IMG/VR virus record: IMGVR_UViG_3300042564_001643
Coordinates: 1 to 55,449 of that record
Strand: one strand, 5' to 3'
Length of the DNA: 55,449 nt
From: a virus
Taxonomy: Duplodnaviria; Caudoviricetes
Position numbers and translations under genes: made by a program. Numbering within the stretch: position 1 is the stretch's first letter; each line of letters starts with the position of its first letter. The notes beneath the pieces are model-generated. The model saw only the letters and a list, made by a program, of their open reading frames with translations, ran no database searches and was not told the origin of the DNA. Below, in pieces: positions 10,801 to 20,800 of the stretch.

Positions 10801-12005
10801 ATTAATTTTTGTTCCTCATCAGTTGGAGCTTTACCATTTTTATAGTAATAATCTTTATACAGTTTATCATATATAGTATTTTGTACAAAACCTCCCTCAA
10901 GTCTAGCTTCAGATAGTGCAGCATTTAATGCTCTAATATCTCTATGCATACCACCTACTGTTTTCTGAGTAGCTTGCCATGTTCTAGCTAATCCAGTTAG
11001 GTTGTCTTCATTTTTTATAATAGAACCAATAGCTCCAGTTGTTCCTTCAAGTGGATTAAGAAAACTTCCTACACTACTATTAGCAACTTTCTTAGTTGTA
11101 TCCCAAAAACGTCTAGCATTACTTATATTATCTAAACTACGTACAGTGCCATTAACTGCTCTTCCCATATCAACAGCACTATCTAAACCTTTTGCAGCAC
11201 GTAAAATATTTTTACCTGCATTAGCGGTAGTTGCAAATAATACCGGAGCGGCTCCACCTGCAGTTCCTGCTGTTAATAAGATTGCAGCTGCTTCTTCTAA
11301 AGCTACTTCTGTCATGATTCCTGCAGTGTATGCAAAACTCTGAGCAGTGTTTGTAAAGAATCCACTAACACCACCTTTAGTAGATGAGCCAATAGCTGCA
11401 GCTTCTTCATAGAATCTTGCATCATCAAGATCTGCACTAAAATCTCCTGATAACATTTTCACCAAACTCTTTGGTCCAGATACAAAACCTCTTGTAAATA
11501 ATGGAACAAATGAATTAGTTACCATTCTACTAAAGTCATCCCAACCACTAGTCTTAGAATTAAACAGGGCTTCATTATCTCTTAATGGAGAAAATCCAAT
11601 ACTATCAAATTTTTCTTGACCATAAGCAGCATATCTTTTGTAAAATGAATTACCAGATGGACCTGCATCATATGCATATACTCTACTATATTCATTCTTA
11701 TCCTGATTAGCATTTGCTACGGCTTTGAATAGTTTACCATAATCACCTGCAGTAACTGTAGGAGATTTACCTGGAGAATTTGGTGCTTTACCAACTGCAT
11801 TTCTGATCTGACCTGCAGGATGATTTAATGACTCTGCACCAATAGGATTAGGATATGCTTTTGGAGCCGGAAAATTAATCTCAGCATCTCTAAGTGAATC
11901 TCCTTCAAAAGGTTTAAAACTCTGAGTATCTAATGAAGGTCTATTGATACCACCATAATCAGGACCTAGTGAATCTAATCCACTAATTGGAGTCTCATCT
12001 GCCAT
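4872..12005 (-). CDS. Large virion cargo/ejection protein (2377 aa) with internal PD-(D/E)xK nuclease domain and coiled coils
   Basis: Contains YDSVT...AGNYID...IAGEIDLIVADQNGNVYIIDLKTG...YELQQAAY (RecB/Cas4-like motifs), N-terminal Gly/Ala-rich hydrophobic segments and long heptad-rich regions. Confidence 0.75.
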   Translation of the reverse strand: MADETPISGLDSLGPDYGGINRPSLDTQSFKPFEGDSLRDAEINFPAPKAYPNPIGAESLNHPAGQIRNAVGKAPNSPGKSPTVTAGDYGKLFKAVANANQDKNEYSRVYAYDAGPSGNSFYKRYAAYGQEKFDSIGFSPLRDNEALFNSKTSGWDDFSRMVTNSFVPLFTRGFVSGPKSLVKMLSGDFSADLDDARFYEEAAAIGSSTKGGVSGFFTNTAQSFAYTAGIMTEVALEEAAAILLTAGTAGGAAPVLFATTANAGKNILRAAKGLDSAVDMGRAVNGTVRSLDNISNARRFWDTTKKVANSSVGSFLNPLEGTTGAIGSIIKNEDNLTGLARTWQATQKTVGGMHRDIRALNAALSEARLEGGFVQNTIYDKLYKDYYYKNGKAPTDEEQKLMINKSTEAGMSTVMWNTALIYGSNKITFPSILGRKSMGGGYFKNKIDDVLQMKGGKVIYKEVAEKGVKETAEAKSKRLLQGNFEYVKDGLMTSLKNFKSQPIRQTLKGVGGYFKTNITEALQENAQEAISMAMENYYTHNYYKETGAASHQFNKGLSAYLTDGIGEQFSGKGFETFASGFFMGMFGGGMNKTFEAMQYGYNHYFNKEESAKYAELRNSYGKGIAAKLNLLAETDPETLFDSKIFNYGVQGSIADNAERDLDEMQRKDQKDEALISAVYAALDTNTLNLFTDQLESFKQYSPEEFEEAFGYEKGEGAKYQAKLDSIIKKTKSIEAKYKRVNEQFPNPVDLSKIDKEDPNYEKAALLNSAWEYAKREAIFSHQSFDDVNQRMASIYDTITADPALAKVAANDIQMLFSVDKIGSEIGILKSEVEGLKTMTDPQSKKDYEHKKKKIKALENYLDKFSSYNSYTQRHKFADAAREDIAEATGKNPEDVTQEEIDALLDKKIGKRTEENDIKVNSGLESAYKEYLKLLGDYNDSHIFDRDMDNAFSKLKDYYALGEQGRLLARHVDVLSNPQGFLDAVNRNNEWMERVYKNRKEYFDQMVEAQLKAKEHNDLLNALANQDIYVDLDQLDAYINEGVLPTEFYDGKGKVITADNDKYYSIIEKFVLLSQIQESINANKLDPEMQKEIDDLQKKMKAEIDALEKEEGRVNIAPVEIAKGKTISLKEAAKEVQPGEYIELSFADGQTITYYNDGGTLKFDNAEGEEVNIKRDTTPYTAAVRFKYDMIPNPDEVQTIKEKYDALIEEVYERYAAKKQAMNAQSYNAILPSTPIEDIQSREPELYSQLQQLFQTTVLDQMDPEQVELMTDDQVMNLFTDFVATEDAAAQLIDQYNKQARLKYATKLSGEQEDFEFLFNGSTIDTGNLTTKQVRTYIKTFEGLKADLQKKGNLTTDEKNLLNSHTALINKFEALIRTRGLAGLSPKLKEAKSKLDALLETQDKITRDDDRHVYIIDGKEYDSVTRKIAPLKSKQYDYIGKGTLEKEVYKIFGNANLKDGEGRPLSFDAKVNLFIAALKTNNPPGFNSKNYLEVADLLIANQSDTPEELYNRLLAYSLENTFEANRTAGNYIDAQVKNLFEDLPLEFNEENITREAFDNLFSTEVDPKTNLPKGSLAQIKARVDSNELIILSRGLRVYDEELGIAGEIDLIVADQNGNVYIIDLKTGSKDKWDGWVGTDLYKDRKASKDEAVRAKAEYAENKSEDYELQQAAYANLLYRMIGLEVSKVGILPVQLTLNTETGKVNTASKPTSSALKPGTFSIMLDTSKVQDRIDNLIPKVYIDPVTGDEEVPGIKIATALSPEALKKLRALGFSDAMLELMTQAEIEEAKTFNDRDQAKPLLNKYAKLAMEPVLMDDAEIETQIINEMRRDRNGKSIQNRINMLKAREKMASNELSAMNDTLGYLNNLLESSVDLSESEVKRLLDSISTLEKVIKSSSSKKTKRGQSTAAMIANLKSQIRNEFREADVILNTIRNLKYEIELLESLKDDLGNQIDYYNSLIADPNMETLSKYEIEAKIKKIQKKMGTIEKLIAAIKNAIGKSLQYLNEYLKIWKKADAKYNKFMDTTGYEPLSQEKLGELINSTNPEDMERLAEYPELSRQFQGVQNELLKTMDNVEFAEEVKEQENKRLAELNRALDKYTRQIRYLNELISTTADGEVFDPEAKMSDPASGGPMPGSTMNTTATTAQKTQEAEEDLAKDAVTVSKLTFTPDVMADIENELEGKTYSLEEALAAIEALPNMDELRSYRAILRGFQTVGRISAADGAILKAKFEEKIKQLETPESIDMPATSFAVGATVIAKIDIFNKNLLFAGKGTELTVTRVDGSKKMITLKYGNKPHQVSFDEAEEFLTNMEALTNIVPVEATPILDQADKEKVIESNDIADAFIQDPAAVNKAIEEIGDTEASNLKDKLFKNLEC

Positions 12006-15000
12006 TTGATAATATTTTATTGTTTTGGTAAATGTTGTTGAATATCAATTGGTATTCATCTCTCAGGTTATCAATATTATTTCCAGGAGAAATTGGATCA
12101 GTATAAGATACAGTACTATATGACTTTGTATTAGGATCCCAAGCTCTATATTGTACAGTACTTACATACTCACCAGTACCATAATTATTTTTACTAATAG
12201 TCCATTTGTTATTTTCATCAAATGGAGAAGTAAATACATATGGCTGTCCGTTATTAACTGAATAGTCAATATTAGCTTTTAATGCAGATACTTGAGATGA
12301 TTTAAACAAACCATTTGTAAAGTTTTGATTATCAGTAATTACAGTAATACCATTAACTATAGCTTGATTGTATTCTGTTTGAGTAATGATACCAGTTGGA
12401 TTTTTATCAGTAATGATGTATTGTTTTAACCACTCAGCATCAGGACGGATTGTCATACCACCTTTACTAGCCATACCTGCTGCTATAGGAATTGAACTAA
12501 GCTCAAAGTTTTTAAATTTACTTTTAGTATTATTAATCTCAGTATCAATTAATCGCATTAAAGCTTTTCCTTTTTTAGTTTGAGTTAAACCAGTAACTTC
12601 ATCAGCCTCACTATCTTTTGATTTTAAGAAAGCACTTTTAGTTGCACCACCAAATGTGATTACACTATTAGACTCATCAAAATCAATATTATTAAAATCT
12701 CTATTGAACTCCATATAAAATCTTTTGCTCATAGAAGTCATAGGTGACTTAGGAGAGACCATTATGAAGTTTTCATTTTGAGTAAACTTACCAGCACCTG
12801 TTCCCGGTGTACCAGGGGCACCGTCTAATACTTTACCAGATGTATATATTTTTCCTGCTTCTTTTACAAGATCCTTATATACTCCACTATCACGTGTCTC
12901 TCTTATGCTTTTTAATCCTTGTTCAGCTTGATTCATCAAACCTTCTCTATAGTTACCTGTAGCATAATCAATAATAGTAGGTAAATCAGGAATCATTGCA
13001 TACATTTGTGCAGCTCTTAGATCTTCTTTTTTATTTTTCTGAGCTTGTGCATTACCTCCTTTACCATAAACTAAATCATTAAATTCAGCTTCTGATCTTA
13101 AATTGCCTTTTGCATCATATAAGTATTTAGCATATTGTCCTATTTCTCCACCTTTAGTTGCTAGTTCTTGCTCAACTATCTTAGAACTTTTCTTTTGCCA
13201 ATCTTCAACATTATCTACATAGTCAAGATAATCATTGAACTGGTTACTAGTGGCTCTATTATTTTCTAAAATAGGACTTACCCTACTATCTTTAGCATAT
13301 TTTTTAAGTGCCCATTCATATCTTCTTGCAATGTTCTTAGTTTTGTTTGTACCCATTCCATTTTTAATATACCAATAACCATTCTGGCTAACTAAGTTAT
13401 TAAACTTGTCAGCTGTCATTGTTGGGTCATTGAATATAAACTTAACATCCTCATCAGAAAATACCCCATCTTTGTTTAAAGACTTAATATTACCTGCCAT
13501 AGACATAAGGAATGGTTTAGCAACCTCTTCAGTTCTATTTTTTGCTTCACGGTTTACACCCATTTTAACATTATACTGATCTGTTGTTTGAGGATTTTCT
13601 CTTGTATGAATTTCATTATACTCAGGTTTTTCAACAGGTTGCATGTAGTTAGGATTTGCTACAGTATTTCCTTTTTCATCAACTACTGTCTTACGCAGAT
13701 CAGGTTCATGAGTACCAGCTTCATACAAATATTCAGCAGCTGCTGCATCTAATTTACTTTGTGCTGTAATACGCGCAGCATCTTTTAATCCTTGATTTCT
13801 AGCTGCAACTTCTTGCATAGAGAATGCATGCTTTTGCTCATTAACTGCATATATGTTAGCTTCAATATCTACTTTAGCATCTTTATACGCAAATATTTGT
13901 GCAGCCTCATTAAGATCTTTTTGCATAAGAGATGATGCCATAGCATTATCTACTTTCCATCTTAATGATTTTACATCTCCATAAGGATTAACAAATCCTG
14001 AAGTTGTAGATGGTGTTCCAGATTGCTCTTTTAAAGCTTCATTATCAGCATCTATTCTAGTAATGATCTTATCATTCATCTCCTTAGCTTCTTTAAGATT
14101 TTCTAAGTATGCTTCAGCATCAGGATCTGCAGTTTTATTTTTAATTTGTTGTTCAATATCTTTGATCTTAGTATCATAACTTGATGATGCATTCTTAAGA
14201 CCTTTGTATCTTCTTTCATTAGCAGCTTTAAGATTGTTATAGTTCTCTTCAAGATACTTCATCTCTGCTGCATTCTTATCTCCATTAAATTGTGCAGCAT
14301 TAGACTCAGCATAATCTTTTCTATCTAAGTAAGCTTGAGTTTTATAGACTGCTTGAATAGCTGGATCATTACCTAGTTCAGCTTCAAACAATTTACTTAA
14401 TGGTTCCATGAGTTGTTCTCCATTTTTCTTTTTGATAACCCATCTACCGTCTTTACTAAACTCTGGAGTTTCCATAGATAAGCCAGCTTCTTTTGCTACT
14501 TCTTGTGCCTTCTTAACTGCATTTATATATGGAGTATAACTAGTATTCTGAAATGATAAAGCCTCTGGATCTGCTGCATCTTTAAATTCTTGACGCATAT
14601 AATCCATTGCTCTTACACCACCATCCCAATATTGTTCTCTAGCTTTTTCATCTAAAGAATTTTTAAGACCTTCTGCTCTTGTTTTTTGATTATTATAGTT
14701 TTTAGTCCATGCCATATCTTTCATGATATGTTCATCTTCATAAAACGGTTTAAATACTTGAGCAGCCTTAGCAACATTCTGATCTAAAGACAAATCTAAG
14801 CCTGTAATCTTTTTAAGATTAAAATCAATGTTTTTAAGAACTTCTTCTTTTCTTGCAATATTACCATCTCTAGTAAGATCAGCATAAAAATACTGACCAT
14901 AAACATTGTTAAGTGATTTCCATGCAGAATCATATTCTGTTTGCTTAGTTTGCAGAACATTACTATACAAGTTCAGATCCGGTTGAAACGGTTGAAACTG

Positions 15001-15039
15001 TGGTATATAATCCTGAACCCCTTGTAAATACGTAGCCAT
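11995..15039 (-). CDS. Putative virion cargo/ejection protein (1014 aa)
   Basis: Long ORF overlapping the next gene. The N-terminus YIPQFQPFQPD...KQTEYD and helical character resemble crAss-like cargo proteins. Synteny supports the call. Confidence 0.6.
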   Translation of the reverse strand: MATYLQGVQDYIPQFQPFQPDLNLYSNVLQTKQTEYDSAWKSLNNVYGQYFYADLTRDGNIARKEEVLKNIDFNLKKITGLDLSLDQNVAKAAQVFKPFYEDEHIMKDMAWTKNYNNQKTRAEGLKNSLDEKAREQYWDGGVRAMDYMRQEFKDAADPEALSFQNTSYTPYINAVKKAQEVAKEAGLSMETPEFSKDGRWVIKKKNGEQLMEPLSKLFEAELGNDPAIQAVYKTQAYLDRKDYAESNAAQFNGDKNAAEMKYLEENYNNLKAANERRYKGLKNASSSYDTKIKDIEQQIKNKTADPDAEAYLENLKEAKEMNDKIITRIDADNEALKEQSGTPSTTSGFVNPYGDVKSLRWKVDNAMASSLMQKDLNEAAQIFAYKDAKVDIEANIYAVNEQKHAFSMQEVAARNQGLKDAARITAQSKLDAAAAEYLYEAGTHEPDLRKTVVDEKGNTVANPNYMQPVEKPEYNEIHTRENPQTTDQYNVKMGVNREAKNRTEEVAKPFLMSMAGNIKSLNKDGVFSDEDVKFIFNDPTMTADKFNNLVSQNGYWYIKNGMGTNKTKNIARRYEWALKKYAKDSRVSPILENNRATSNQFNDYLDYVDNVEDWQKKSSKIVEQELATKGGEIGQYAKYLYDAKGNLRSEAEFNDLVYGKGGNAQAQKNKKEDLRAAQMYAMIPDLPTIIDYATGNYREGLMNQAEQGLKSIRETRDSGVYKDLVKEAGKIYTSGKVLDGAPGTPGTGAGKFTQNENFIMVSPKSPMTSMSKRFYMEFNRDFNNIDFDESNSVITFGGATKSAFLKSKDSEADEVTGLTQTKKGKALMRLIDTEINNTKSKFKNFELSSIPIAAGMASKGGMTIRPDAEWLKQYIITDKNPTGIITQTEYNQAIVNGITVITDNQNFTNGLFKSSQVSALKANIDYSVNNGQPYVFTSPFDENNKWTISKNNYGTGEYVSTVQYRAWDPNTKSYSTVSYTDPISPGNNIDNLRDEYQLIFNNIYQNNKILSNGR

Positions 15040-15053
15040 ATTTTTAGTAATCT

Positions 15054-15105
15054 ATATATGTAAATATATCAAAATTTTATAAGTTTAATAAACCTATAAA
15101 GTTTA
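15054..15105 (-). promoter_or_regulatory. Putative promoter (TTTA-N20-TATATTTA) with two palindromic operator-like sites
   Basis: Intergenic and near-identical to 21361-21412. Spacing matches the Bacteroidota -33 TTTG / -7 TAnnTTTG architecture. Confidence 0.6.
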
Positions 15106-17808
15106 GTAGAACATAAATGGGAAGATATTAGAACCCATTACATACATTCCACCATCTTTTGCATTAGCATTATCCATGATTGTTTCAACATCAGGTCCAG
15201 CATATCCAGATGATTGACCCATTGCTATCTTAGCTGCAGCAATTGCATCTTTAGGAGCAAATCCTTGTGTTATATAGCCTTTAAGTAAAGTATCAAAAGT
15301 TTTATTAATCTCTGGTTGTTGTTTTTTACCACCTGTAAACACAACTGTACCTGTTCTAGGATCGATATCATACTGTGGTGCAGTAGCATTAAGTAATGCT
15401 ATATCTCCTGCATTTTTCCATCCAGTTTGGAATGCTTGTCTTTTAATTGAATCAGCTAATCTTCTATCTCTGTCATACGTAGCATTTGTCAATGTTGTCC
15501 CATCTACTAATTGTTTAGTAATAGCTTGATTCATTGCTCTCTCTTGATTTCTAATACCAACATTATTTTGACCAACTTGATTAGCCAACTGTACATTAGC
15601 ATTGTTATATCTAGATAGAACATCTGCTGCTTGTTTAGCACCTTGACCTTGAACTTGTGATGATCTTGATGATAATGCTTGAGGTCCTACAAACTGTGCT
15701 AAACCTTGAGTAAGAATATTTGCTTGCTCAGAGTTTGCTGCTAGTTCTCTTGTAGGATCTAAGTATATTCCTACATTCTCTTCATTATCAACTGGAGCTG
15801 CCCATGGATAATACTTACGTAAAGAAGCTTTATCTTTAAGTGCTCCATAGTAATTATTTAAATCAGGAGTTGTCCACTCAGGTACTGTAACTACAGGAGC
15901 TGTTTCTTCTTCTTCTAGATCAACTAGATCTGGTCTATCAGTTCCTTCACATTCATTACACTCACCCTTTTCATTTTTACCTGGATCATATGTTTTACCA
16001 TTAGCATCTGTACACTGACAAGTTAAAACTTTCTTAATTGTTTTTTCTTGTTTTGCTGCAGGTGTATAATTTAAACGTTGACCCAATGTAGTATTAGTAC
16101 TAGCATTGTCAATCCCTGAAATAGATTCTCTACCTTTTAGTTCATCACTTTTACCAGTTTGTTTAACACCTCTTTGTTTTTCTTCACCACCTTTAATAAC
16201 ATCATCATATGCTAAGTAAGCTGCTTGAGACAAGTAACCTTTATCAAAAGATAAATCGGATAAACCTGGATTATTTGCAATTAAATCAGAAGCTTGTTTA
16301 TTGACTCTTTGACCTTTAGCAGTTGGTTGATCTGTTTCTAATGCATTAAGCCCAAAAGCTTCTAATCTTGCATTTCTTTCTTCTTGTTGTAGCAATGCAT
16401 CTATAACCTCATCTTCTTTACGGTCTTTTAATGCTTGATGCCAGTTACTTTTTTTACCACCAGTATAGTTAGCTTCTTGATCAATTACTTTCTTATATTG
16501 CTCATATACTTTTTTACGGAAATCAGGATCATTCTTAATTGCTTGTTCAGCAGATCTATAAGCTAAATAAGCATCAGTCTTTCCGTTCCATTTTGTATCA
16601 ACTATCTTTTGTTCTTCAGGTGTTAATGCTGCAGTACCTGTACCACCACCAACCTGGTATTTAACACCAGGTTGCTTAGTAGCCAATCCAGGATACCATG
16701 TATTCATTTTTTGAAACTTTCCATCTTTCAAGAATGCATCTTTAGACATACCAGTTGGTGCATTATACCAATCTGCATTTTGCATGGCTTCCATTGCATC
16801 TAACCTTATTCTCTGTTCATCAGTAAGGGCTGGCTTTTCTATTTCAGGTTTATTCATGTTATCTGCAATATATTTATTAAATGCATCAACATTTATACCT
16901 TCTTGAGCTTCAGGCATATAACCACCATAAGCCATATAAGAAGGCATTTCATAACCATACTGAGCCATAGGTTGTTGACCCATAGCTTGTTCCATCATCA
17001 TTGCATCTTCATCAGGCATTTGTTGCATACCAGAGTTATCATAGATGTTTTCTTCTTCAGTAGGATTCTCTGGTGCAGTGCCATTATCAGGAATTTCACC
17101 TGGACCGCCTGCAACACCTGGTGTAGGTTGTTGAGTTTTTGGTTGATACGTAGGCATAATGTCTTCTTCTGAAATTCCATTAGCTTCCATATATGGTTGT
17201 GCTACCATAGGTATACCTTGTGGGAAACCTTTCTTAGCTTCTTGTGCAAGAGCAAGAGCTCCTAACTTCATATTGTAGTTACGGATCATCAACTCTGCAG
17301 TCTTCTTAGCAATTACATCTGTATCAGGATCTTGAAGTATTTTTCTATACTTATTAATATCATACTGCTTAGCTAATTGAGCAGGAGTATAACCTTTAGA
17401 CTTTTTCCCGTCAGCAGAACCCTTACCAAATCTAGACAACATAGCAGGATCTTTAATCAACATAGATCTTGTATCACTGAATATAAATGTATCATCCGGC
17501 AAGTTCAATGGAACTCCACCAGATGAGTGTCTTGGACCTTCAATATTATAGTGTTCTGCAAAGCCATCACCATTGATGTCTCCGTATGCAGTTTCTCCAC
17601 CTTCAGCTTCTAAGTTAGCTTCTTCTCTTGGTACACGTTTAAGTGACTTTTGAAGTTCTATAGGTTTCTTACCCATGTACTGATCAATATCAGCACCACC
17701 CATTGCTGTTGGTTGGATAGCTAATGCACCATTTAATTGTTGACCAGTCTTAACTGTTCTACCTTGTTGAGCTTTAGGAAGCTTCTTTATCTTTACTTTG
17801 TAATACAT
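15103..17808 (-). CDS. Putative virion cargo protein (901 aa) with EAEGGE...GPRHSSGGV domain and GG-linker motifs
   Basis: Has LEAEGGE...GPRHSSGGVPLNLP...FIFSD, a motif I recognise from Bacteroidota phage virion proteins, plus a MAYGGYMPEAQEG linker and a Q/N-rich helical C-terminal half. Confidence 0.6.
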   Translation of the reverse strand: MYYKVKIKKLPKAQQGRTVKTGQQLNGALAIQPTAMGGADIDQYMGKKPIELQKSLKRVPREEANLEAEGGETAYGDINGDGFAEHYNIEGPRHSSGGVPLNLPDDTFIFSDTRSMLIKDPAMLSRFGKGSADGKKSKGYTPAQLAKQYDINKYRKILQDPDTDVIAKKTAELMIRNYNMKLGALALAQEAKKGFPQGIPMVAQPYMEANGISEEDIMPTYQPKTQQPTPGVAGGPGEIPDNGTAPENPTEEENIYDNSGMQQMPDEDAMMMEQAMGQQPMAQYGYEMPSYMAYGGYMPEAQEGINVDAFNKYIADNMNKPEIEKPALTDEQRIRLDAMEAMQNADWYNAPTGMSKDAFLKDGKFQKMNTWYPGLATKQPGVKYQVGGGTGTAALTPEEQKIVDTKWNGKTDAYLAYRSAEQAIKNDPDFRKKVYEQYKKVIDQEANYTGGKKSNWHQALKDRKEDEVIDALLQQEERNARLEAFGLNALETDQPTAKGQRVNKQASDLIANNPGLSDLSFDKGYLSQAAYLAYDDVIKGGEEKQRGVKQTGKSDELKGRESISGIDNASTNTTLGQRLNYTPAAKQEKTIKKVLTCQCTDANGKTYDPGKNEKGECNECEGTDRPDLVDLEEEETAPVVTVPEWTTPDLNNYYGALKDKASLRKYYPWAAPVDNEENVGIYLDPTRELAANSEQANILTQGLAQFVGPQALSSRSSQVQGQGAKQAADVLSRYNNANVQLANQVGQNNVGIRNQERAMNQAITKQLVDGTTLTNATYDRDRRLADSIKRQAFQTGWKNAGDIALLNATAPQYDIDPRTGTVVFTGGKKQQPEINKTFDTLLKGYITQGFAPKDAIAAAKIAMGQSSGYAGPDVETIMDNANAKDGGMYVMGSNIFPFMFY

Positions 17809-17817
17809 AGTTCAAAG

Positions 17818-20800
17818 TTATAAATATTCTAATTCACCACCATCTGCAAGGAATTGATCTATCTCATCCTGCGTCATGTAAGCTTCTTCATCTTGATCAT
17901 ATTCTGGCATAGTGTAACCACCTTCTTGAAGAAAACCACCATTTCTAATAATACCTTTGAATCCCATTTGATCAGGTCTAAATAAACCGGAATTGGTATC
18001 ATAGGTACCACGGTCTTGCAAGTTTGTTGATCCATATAAGTTATCTCCAGTAAGGTTATCATAGAAATTTTGCTGTATTCCTTTATCACCTCTTTCACCT
18101 AGTTTTTGAATACCAAAGTTAGCAAGTGTATTAAACTGATTTACACCTCTTTCAAAATCAACATTATACATGTTTTTGTTTTTGAACTTAGCTGCATAAC
18201 CTTGTCTTTCAATTTCAGGTTCTTTATCTTCTAATCCCCATGATTCTCTAATTTCCGGCTCAACTGATTCCCAAACATCTTTAGATGATTTTGGCTTAAG
18301 TTCTGCCATTGGTTCAATGTCACTTACACCAATCATTCCACTCTGAGCTTGTGGAAGATATCCGCCATATGCCATGGTAGTATTTGGTTTACCTTCACCA
18401 AATTCATAATAATCTGGAAATGAATTACGCTTCTGCATATCAATCATATCTGGATTATATGGAGCATACTCACCAAATTCTGATTTAGGAGCAACACGTG
18501 GTTCCCTATTTAGATTCAGATTCAGTTGATCATTAACAAATGCTCTGATACCTTTTGTTGGAACATCATTAGCTCTTTGATCTGCTGCAGTACTATTATT
18601 ATTAATAGTAGTTTTTTCAGTAGGAGCAAAATTACTAGAAGGATACATTCTTGCACCTACTTGTCTTAATCCAGGAGTTCTCAATAATAAGTCAGCAAGC
18701 TTTTGTCTTCTTGATCCTTGAGCCATTTGATCCTCATTGTCAACATTACTATCTGCTGCCTTACCATCCTTAGTGTCAAATTGACCATAGTTACCAAAAT
18801 ACATAGTATACTCTTTTGGTCTTTTACCAAATAAGCTAGTTTTAGTTACATCAATCTTACTCAATGGTTGGTTACCCATCATAGCAGCATTAACAGGTTT
18901 CCCTGTTCTTGGATCATAAGTCATTCCTTGTTGTTGTGCCCATGAACCAGCATACTCTATTGTTCTACCTGCAGGACCAAACTGTCTTCTTCCTCCAAAC
19001 ACTGGAGGATACATAGCACCCGTTTGTGGATTGTAAGTAGTATTAGACTTAGAACTAGGAATAACTTTAGAATAATCAATACCTTCTCTATACTCACCTA
19101 CATTAACACCAGCAGCTTTAGCTTTATCATAAACTTCTTTATTCTTATCTACTGTAGTTTCATCTACAGTAGTTTCATCAGGATAATAGTCAGCCATCCA
19201 CTGATCATAAGACACAGGGTTTTGTCTAGAGTATCCTTCTGTAACATCATCACCATACATTCTGTCAAGCCAATCTTTGTATTCAGCTTGTTTACTTCCT
19301 CCTGTTTGAAAATATGGATCAGCAGTATTTTCCTCAAATGGTGTAGGTACAGCATCATCTCCACCATATACAAATTTGTATAGACCGGAATCTTCCATAG
19401 TCATACCACCAAACTGTTTCATCTCACCTGTAACATAACGTCCTGATGATTGAAAATTATCATCAAGATATTTCCATTGAGCATTGCTTTTATCTTTTTT
19501 AATAAGAGCAACTGGCTCTTTATTTATATAATGTTGAGCGGTGTCACCTTTAAATTTAGCATATGAACCATCATTCAGTTGTCTATAATAATAACCTGGT
19601 TTCTTTTTAAGTGTTCCTAGTATTGCTCCCTTTGTTCCTTTACCACTTACAGCACTAGTATTTAACTTTGCTAATGTTTTTTTATCTTTTACAGGAAATG
19701 ATTTAGCACCTTCACGAAGTGTACCGTCATCATTGGGTACAGTATAGCTCCAACTTCCACGTTCATCTACACTATAGAGATATGGAGTATTATCTAAGTA
19801 CTGATATTGACCTGCTGTACTAAAAAATTGATTTGGTTTAAACTTCTCAATGTTTTTAATTCTAGTTGGGTCTGTAACTTCAGTCCAAGTTTCATCTTTA
19901 ATTGCTGTATCTGTTTCATAGTTTGAGTTTACATACCATTTATCATTTACTTTTACATAGCCAGCTTTAGGATTACCTGGATTAAATACTACATCCTTAG
20001 TAGTATAATTAATTGCATTATTACTAGATTCAGTTATAGGTTTAGCTTTAGGAGCTACCTCAACTTTAGGTTTTTCTTCAGCTTTAGTAATTTCAGTATT
20101 AGCTTCTGTAGCTCCATTATTAGTGGTACTACTTCCTTGATCCTGAATAGCTTTAGTATCTTCTGCTGTTGTTACTTTAGTTTTTTCAGCTTCAGTCTTT
20201 ACTTCTGCATTTTTTTCTGTTGCTGTATTCTTAGCATCTACCTCAACCTCAGTCCAAATTTCTTTAGCTTTTTCTTGTTGATTGTTTGCTTCTTGTTTAA
20301 CTACATCCTCACGTAACTTAGGATTGTTATAAGCTTCTTGTGCAAAAGTAATACTGTATTCTTTTGGTCTACCAAATAAACCAGTTCTTCTGACATCAAT
20401 ATTAGCAAGTTGTGGACCACCAGCATATGAACCTTGATCAGGCATAATAAATTGTTGAAGTCCCGTCATTGGCATACCCATTCCCATAATATTCATTTGT
20501 GTAGGGAACATTTGAGATCTGTTATTGAACATACCTGCAGGCATTTGACCCATCATGCGGTTTGCTCTTCTGTTCATTCTACGCATTTGTCCTGGACGCA
20601 TACCACCTAACTGCATATAATCTTGATCAGTATCATAACCATAATCAAGATTATTAGTCATATCTTGTGAATACATATCATACATAGCTTCAGCATCTTG
20701 CTTCATTAAAGCTTGATTTGCATGACCTTGTAAACCTGTGATAAAATCACTCAGTCCATTCTTTCTTACACCTGTATCTGTATCATCTGCTTTGTTTGAT

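Noticed and set aside
19147-19179. 15-nt tandem duplication encoding DETTVDETTVD
   Set aside because: It has two imperfect copies in a low-complexity linker and is most likely trivial slippage.
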